NCBI GenBank assembly: GCA_937965695.1
Contig: CALCKW010000059.1
Span: forward strand, 351 to 64,350
From: an uncultured Granulosicoccaceae bacterium
Lineage (GTDB): Bacteria > Pseudomonadota > Gammaproteobacteria > CALCKW01
Reading direction: 5' to 3'
DNA: 64,000 nt
Shown: in pieces, positions 58,727-64,000 of the stretch
How positions within the stretch are numbered: position 1 is the stretch's first letter
Layout of the letters: each line of letters opens with the position of its first letter
Position numbers and translations under genes: made by a program
Notes under the pieces: model-generated
The model's database searches: none
Told to the model about the DNA's origin: nothing
What the model saw: only the letters and a program-made list of their open reading frames with translations

Positions 58727-60703
58727 TTACTGCTCCCATTCGCTGTCGTATCCTTGTTCGAACCCTACTTGCCTCCCGCCGCTGAAAATTTGTTCAATCC
58801 TGCTAGGTGCCCCATTTTCATCAAAGACAACTCGACCAATGCCGCACGCGTTGACCAATCGCTGGTTGGGATAGCGCCCGGGGTATTGTGTGGGCCGACG
58901 GGGTCGAATTCGCATATGGCGCCTTCTGGTTAGCCAGTTAAGTGGCGACCGACTAGCAAATAGCCAGCGATTAAATAAATCAAAAACCTTTAAAAGACGG
59001 GCAGGGAAGCGATTGAGAATTCCTGAACTGGTGATTTGCCAGATTCTAGGAGCATCGTTGTGGTGCCGTAGGCGGACGTCGTACACAAAAGAGTAATGCA
59101 CATCTCCCGAAAGGATGGTGAAGTAGTCTGGTGTTCTCTTATGGCGAAAGATATTGAGAATGACATTGGCAGAACCCGGATGTGCCATCCAGTTCTCTGC
59201 ATCTACCATTAGCGATAAACCGGCCCAGCTGAATAGTCGCTGGATTACCTCGATCAGTTTGACTCCAAAGATAGGTGCAGGGGACACCAAAATAACAGCT
59301 GGTTCATTGATTAAATGCTGCTGTGTTTCACTAAGAGCTTCCCAGTCCATCAGGCCCGAAGGGTTGCTGCCGTTGCTTTCCGCTCGCCATCGTCGCGTTC
59401 GTGTATCTAGTACCACCACTTTGGGTTTGGTATCTAATACAAACGACCAACCCTCGAAGGTTAGCAATTGAGTAATTAGCTGATCATGGTGTACGTTCTC
59501 ACCTTTTGGATCTTGCACCATTTCGCGGATGTCATTTATCAAATCCGGCGGTAACGAATCTAAGCGATTACCCCAAGCTTGGCACAGCGCATAGGCCACC
59601 AACGCGTTGCCAATGATTCGCCGTGAAAAAGGGTGTTCGTAAGCAGATTCTTCCCAGCTGCGACTGAGGTTCCAGTCGTCAGTGATATCGTGATCATCAA
59701 AGATCATGTAGACCGGTATATTCGCCATTGCACGGCGAACTTGCGGCAGGCCTACAACAAATGCTTCGATAGCCTGTTTCTCAAGTTGGTAGCGTTGCTT
59801 ATTAGTGTCGATCTGCTTGGGCATTTCCAACGATAAATATCGCCACAGCACGGGTGACCAGACCAAAAAGTACATAGCGAGTACTTCGCTAAGTGAAATC
59901 AAATGGTTGTCGGCATTTTGCGTGGTGAAAATAGGCTTGCGGGCACCACCAAAAAATCTTTCGCGCAGAGTATTATTCGCAGTGTTGTCTGGCAGCAGCT
60001 GGGATCTCTTGTAGTAGGCTGATGGATGATTGTCCAGCTGGGCCGCATGGCTGATATCGGCACCCTCGAGAGGCTCCTGGTAGAGACCGAGTAACTCGAT
60101 CACTTGTCGCACAGCAAACAACATCGGGCCTGCAACGTCGTCGACATACACCTGATCGCCACTCATCATCAACAAGGCTGGTTGGAGTTCTGGTTGCTCC
60201 AGTCCGTTCGCTCGCAATTTTGCAAGCTGCTCGTCAACTGTGCAAAGACCGTCTTCTCCAAGGTGATGCGGTTTGCGACAAGAGCCATGCAATAGTTCTC
60301 GTATTTGACTAGGTACAACAAATTGAGGGCGATTAGCACCAGGGTAACAAATGTCAATCAGCTCTTCCGACATTAAAGCTTCGCGCGTGTGTTCAGGGTT
60401 ACTGAACTCACAATTTATGTCGTAGCCAAGCCATGTATCCGTGGGCAAGGGCGAACTAGCTTTAACCACCAGACGATGTATCCAAGCGTATTGCCCAACC
60501 CGCATTACGTGGTCACCAGTGGGTGCAAATTTAGCGTGTTGTAGACACTTTTCACCAGACCAAATCGAAACCTCGAAGCTGGCCTCAACAGAGCTGACTA
60601 ACCACAGCACCACATAATCCGGAGTGACGTCACGCAGAATGGGCCCTGCCAGAATTCTTGGTAGCGTGGGTGGTATTGCTGAACTACTGCTTTGGTTGTG
60701 CAA
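58727..60703 (-). CDS. PhoD-like metallophosphatase
   Basis: HGSCRKPH, GDQVYVDD, IFDDHDITDDWN, LDTRT, LSGDVHY; no clear signal peptide. Confidence 0.82.
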   Translation of the reverse strand: MHNQSSSSAIPPTLPRILAGPILRDVTPDYVVLWLVSSVEASFEVSIWSGEKCLQHAKFAPTGDHVMRVGQYAWIHRLVVKASSPLPTDTWLGYDINCEFSNPEHTREALMSEELIDICYPGANRPQFVVPSQIRELLHGSCRKPHHLGEDGLCTVDEQLAKLRANGLEQPELQPALLMMSGDQVYVDDVAGPMLFAVRQVIELLGLYQEPLEGADISHAAQLDNHPSAYYKRSQLLPDNTANNTLRERFFGGARKPIFTTQNADNHLISLSEVLAMYFLVWSPVLWRYLSLEMPKQIDTNKQRYQLEKQAIEAFVVGLPQVRRAMANIPVYMIFDDHDITDDWNLSRSWEESAYEHPFSRRIIGNALVAYALCQAWGNRLDSLPPDLINDIREMVQDPKGENVHHDQLITQLLTFEGWSFVLDTKPKVVVLDTRTRRWRAESNGSNPSGLMDWEALSETQQHLINEPAVILVSPAPIFGVKLIEVIQRLFSWAGLSLMVDAENWMAHPGSANVILNIFRHKRTPDYFTILSGDVHYSFVYDVRLRHHNDAPRIWQITSSGILNRFPARLLKVFDLFNRWLFASRSPLNWLTRRRHMRIRPRRPTQYPGRYPNQRLVNACGIGRVVFDENGAPSRIEQIFSGGRQVGFEQGYDSEWEQ

Positions 60704-60920
60704 ACGGGGCTCCGCAGAAAGGAGTTATATTCATCCGGTCGATCAGTGTCATTGTGCCAGTGCGCGTTACGCAGGTTTAGAACAATCTACTGTACCAAGG
60801 TTCAGTTTCATTGGGCAGCGAGATTGCCTGATTTTTAGTAAAGCTATGCAAATATTTGTCGTGAAAAGTAGAAATTAGACTTGATTTTCAAGTTTATTCT
60901 TAGCAAGTTTTTCATGCACA

Positions 60921-62054
60921 TTATTTCTCATCTGGAACCTTTAAATCAAAAGACTCTAATGCAAAGTCTTGCCCGTTAATTCGCAGAGATAATTGTTGTT
61001 GACCAGAGTAATAGCGGCGTGTGGTCACCGCACGTAACGCATGTTTCTTTTGCAGTTTGATAGTCTCACTATCTGCAAGCTCGAATTTTTTCCATTTAAA
61101 TACTTTTGCACTTAAGCTGCCATTGGCTTTTTTGAAATGCAATAAGTAGTCGATGACCAGCGACTGCGCAGTATTTGATGTAGAGCTAATACTTGCTTCA
61201 AATTGCAAGCTGTCACCAAGCTCTATGGATGGCGAATCTATTCGCAGGAAATTTAACTCTAGCAAAGGTGGCCCCAAGCCAAAGGCTTTTAAAGTTGCTG
61301 GGTGGCCTTGTTTGATCAAGCTTCGGCAGGCATGGCGCACTAGTCTTTCGCGGTTTTTATCTGCACCTTGTAGCCAGTCGGCCGCAATATCAGCAACCAA
61401 GTCCGGGTGGTCTTTGGCAATGTCGTTTAAATGATTGGCAACGGATCTTCGTACATATTCTGATGGATCATCACGCAGAGCAGTCAAGTAGGGAATCATC
61501 GGTGACGGATCAACGACTAGAGCTTGTAGCCGCTGGCCCCAAGGCAGTCGCGGACGAGTGCCTTCGCTAAAAAGACGGCGCACATGTTCATCAGGGTCTT
61601 CAACCCAAGGTGCCATTATCTGCAGAGCCTTATTTTGGTCTGCGATAAGAAATGGGCGCACATCAAACTCGGCGGTGAAGCGCGAGGTCATTTCGCGTAA
61701 CAAAGCTAGAGATGCCTCGAACTCAGAGAGGCCATGTTGCCCGACTACCATGCACAGCGGCATCATGCCCCAGCCGCAAATGCCATGCTCATCGCTTTCT
61801 TGCTCACTTAACGCCGCGGTTTTGGGATGCATCATCGCAGCTAAGATTTTATTCCTGCGCTTAAAGTTACTCGGTAGCACTGCGTGTAATTGATCGGAGA
61901 TGAGCTGGGCACGTTGCTTGAGCTCTAGCTGGTCCAGTTCACTGAGTATCCGATTTTCAAAAGCGGTGGCATCGACGCTGGGCAAGTGCCGTGATAAATG
62001 GTTTGCGATACAGCTCACTAAGGCTGGAGACAATTTGTTTTTAAAGGGTTCCAA
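60921..62054 (-). CDS. DNA alkylation repair protein (AlkD-like HEAT-repeat family) with C-terminal beta domain
   Basis: FTAEFDVRPF, HVRRLFSEGTRPRLPW, YVRRSVANHLNDIAKDHP. Confidence 0.85.
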   Translation of the reverse strand: MEPFKNKLSPALVSCIANHLSRHLPSVDATAFENRILSELDQLELKQRAQLISDQLHAVLPSNFKRRNKILAAMMHPKTAALSEQESDEHGICGWGMMPLCMVVGQHGLSEFEASLALLREMTSRFTAEFDVRPFLIADQNKALQIMAPWVEDPDEHVRRLFSEGTRPRLPWGQRLQALVVDPSPMIPYLTALRDDPSEYVRRSVANHLNDIAKDHPDLVADIAADWLQGADKNRERLVRHACRSLIKQGHPATLKAFGLGPPLLELNFLRIDSPSIELGDSLQFEASISSTSNTAQSLVIDYLLHFKKANGSLSAKVFKWKKFELADSETIKLQKKHALRAVTTRRYYSGQQQLSLRINGQDFALESFDLKVPDEK

Positions 62055-62144
62055 TTCACGATACCTGGTGATTGTTGTAAGGGTTTCGCTGCACGTGCAA
62101 ATTTACTTTGGCCATTGACCGGCCGTTCATTGTATCTGTTTGTT

Positions 62145-62312
62145 CTAGGGAGCCTCAGATTAAGTCCGGTCAGTGACGTTTGCTTGAAAATCTTGGACCC
62201 AGCAAGGCGCGAATTGACGGCAAGTGTGGTGGTGTTGGCTAGATCTGCAACGCGACTGGGCCGAATTTAGCGCTTTGACGGTGCGAACGTGACTTGATCT
62301 GAGTTTCCCTAG
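62145..62312. mobile_element. MITE-like element, 160 bp, 18-bp imperfect TIRs, flanked by CTAG
   Basis: CTAG-GGAGCCTCAGATTAAGTC ... GACTTGATCTGAGTTTCC-CTAG (15/18 match), no coding capacity. Confidence 0.65.
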
Positions 62313-62399
62313 CTAAGCGCGTATCACTGGTTTAGGCTGTTGCTAACTGCGTTCTGCAGACAATCAAACTCCAGTTAAACGAAAAAGGCATAAATCATC

Positions 62400-63017
62400 A
62401 TGGCAAACTACAAACTGACGTATTTCGATTTTAACGGCGGCCGAGGTGAACCTATTCGAATCGCATTACATGCCGCTGGACTCGAATTTGACGACGTTAG
62501 ATGGTCCTTTCCCGAGTTCGCGGAAAAGCGAGAGAGCTTGCGGTTCTCTGCTGTACCCGCATTAGAGATAGATGGCGCGATGATCACTCAATCCAATGCC
62601 ATCAGTCGCTATGTTGGCAAGCTGGCTGGGATGTACCCAGAAGATGCACTACAGGCACTTTACTGTGATGAAGCGCTCGGCGCACTGGAGGATGTCACGC
62701 ACTACCTCGTGCAGACCTTTCCTCTGGAAGGTGAAGAGCTAAAACAAGCGCGAGAGGCCTTGATGGAAGGCCGACTGGCGGTCTTTTTTAAGGGGCTTGA
62801 GGAGTTGTTGGTACGCGGCGGCGGCAAATACCTCGCCGGTCAAATGCTCACTGTTGCCGACTTAAAAATGTTTGGACTCTTGCAGAATTTTCGCTCGGGC
62901 AACATCGATCATATTCCGGCTAAATTCGTTGACCGGATTGCGCCGCTGTTTGCTGACTATCAGGCAGCCATAGCGCAAGAACCGCAGGTTCAAGCGTATT
63001 ACGCTTCTTTAACGTGA
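62400..63017 (+). CDS. Glutathione S-transferase, Tyr-type (sigma-like)
   Basis: YKLTYFD...GRGEPIR, VPALEIDG, QSNAISRY, LTVADL. Confidence 0.9.
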   Translation: MANYKLTYFDFNGGRGEPIRIALHAAGLEFDDVRWSFPEFAEKRESLRFSAVPALEIDGAMITQSNAISRYVGKLAGMYPEDALQALYCDEALGALEDVTHYLVQTFPLEGEELKQAREALMEGRLAVFFKGLEELLVRGGGKYLAGQMLTVADLKMFGLLQNFRSGNIDHIPAKFVDRIAPLFADYQAAIAQEPQVQAYYASLT

Positions 63018-63175
63018 TCTGACAGGCGCTGGCAATGCAATTATCAGCGCTACTTCACTGTCGATGGCTTGCCGCGGGACATGGCAGTGAGCCTGCAATA
63101 GACAGCAAAACAAGTATTGAGATTAAAACAGATCGCAGAAACAGGTGTTCTTGGAATCTTTAGAGGGGGGATGTA

Positions 63176-63260
63176 TGGTGGCTCAGGTGGGACTCGAACC
63201 CACATGTCTTGCGACGCGTGATTTTGAATCACGTGCGTATACCAATTCCGCCACTGAGCC
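63176..63260 (-). tRNA. tRNA-Leu (CAA)
   Basis: GGCTCAG...CTGAGCC-ACCA acceptor stem, CGTGA-TTCAAAA-TCACG anticodon arm, long variable arm, GGTTCGAGTCC T-loop. Confidence 0.97.
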
Positions 63261-63510
63261 TGACAATCAAACTTGCACCGTCCACTGAAGGGTCTTGAAG
63301 GGGTGTGACATCGAACCCGCTGTGACAGCCGATTACGAATCCTCGCCAAGAATGCAAGAGCGCAATTATAGCGATTTCTGAGCCGGACGCAAGTGCGGTG
63401 TGTGGAGTCGGGTGGTTGGATGAAAGTGAAGACTCTCGGGATGGGGCAATGAAGTGTCTGGGACGTTTATCCATCGCGATTCGGGCGGCAATCTGTTAGA
63501 TTTGCGCCCC

Positions 63511-64000
63511 ATGAACGTATCTGATTTTTCCTTTGAACTGCCGCCTGAGCTGATTGCCCAGCGCCCGACTGATGTGAGAGGCGATTCGCGCCTGTTGGAG
63601 TTTGGTGGCGCGATAGCACCCACCGATCACCAGTTTAGGGGCCTGCCTAGTTTGCTGCGTCCCGAAGACTTGATCGTCTTCAACGATACCCAAGTGTTGC
63701 GAGCAAGGCTGCACGGCGTGAAGGCGGATAGCGGCGGCAAAATAGAATTGCTGGTGGAACGCTTGCTGGACGAGCGAACCGTGCTGTGCCAGATACGCGC
63801 CAGCAAATCACCCAAGGCGGGTACGGGCCTATTGCTTGAGCAACAGGTGGCTGCCGAAGTAACAGGCCGTGACGGCAACTTCTTTGTGGTCCGATTTGAG
63901 CAAGATGTGCTGCCGCAGCTGGAGACACACGGGCACTTGCCATTGCCGCCTTACATTGAGCGGCCAGACGATGTTCAGGATGAGCAGCGCTACCAGACGG
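63511..64000 (+). CDS. queA: S-adenosylmethionine:tRNA ribosyltransferase-isomerase, 5' part (runs off window)
   Basis: Not in the ORF track; hand translation gives MNVSDFSFELPPELIAQRP...SRLL...LIVFNDTQVLRARL...GHLPLPPYIER...RYQT. Confidence 0.95.
   Translation, partial: MNVSDFSFELPPELIAQRPTDVRGDSRLLEFGGAIAPTDHQFRGLPSLLRPEDLIVFNDTQVLRARLHGVKADSGGKIELLVERLLDERTVLCQIRASKSPKAGTGLLLEQQVAAEVTGRDGNFFVVRFEQDVLPQLETHGHLPLPPYIERPDDVQDEQRYQT

Noticed and set aside
63176-63260. tRNA-Leu as the attachment site of a genomic island covering the accessory genes
   Set aside because: No integrase, and no duplicate of the tRNA 3' end noticed in the window; cannot be excluded beyond it
63050-63943. Minus-strand short ORFs at the right end
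   Set aside because: They overlap tRNA-Leu or are antisense to queA
1-64000. CRISPR arrays, rRNA, prophage, transposases, defence systems; numerous short antisense or nested ORFs
   Set aside because: No regularly spaced repeats or hallmark proteins seen; the nested ORFs are shadows of well-supported genes

Overview
A 64 kb, roughly 50% GC chromosomal segment, probably from a marine gammaproteobacterium (long-form ilvC with divergent ilvY; tRNA-Leu next to queA). It is dominated by nutrient-uptake and catabolic modules. From left to right: a HAD phosphatase with an AfuABC-like (sugar-phosphate type) ABC transporter; two paralogous YHYH lipoproteins; yjjX, yqaA and ilvC/ilvY; a periplasmic binding protein and three orphan histidine kinases (one broken by a deletion); a Tat-exported Liv-type ABC transporter; a fluoroacetate-dehalogenase-like hydrolase; and an IclR-controlled GH36/GalK/GalT/GH42 galactoside locus. 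The standout is a 17 kb bacterial microcompartment (BMC) locus (41.6-58.6 kb). It has a minimal shell (one BMC-P, one BMC-H, one CcmP-like BMC-T) and an acylating aldehyde dehydrogenase. It also encodes a gamma-glutamyl-amine ligase, an N-methylglutamate-synthase-like GlxBCD trio, a sarcosine/fructosylamine-oxidase-like flavoenzyme, a degenerate opine-dehydrogenase-fold protein, an EutQ-N/malate dehydrogenase fusion, a Rid protein, an ABC importer and a GntR regulator. Its two divergent promoters share an identical 13-bp box. I infer a compartmentalised glutamylation/N-alkylglutamate route for amine catabolism. The right end holds phoD-like, AlkD-like and sigma-like GST genes, a 160-bp MITE-like element, tRNA-Leu(CAA) and the 5' part of queA. 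All calls come from motif recognition by eye; no searches were run.
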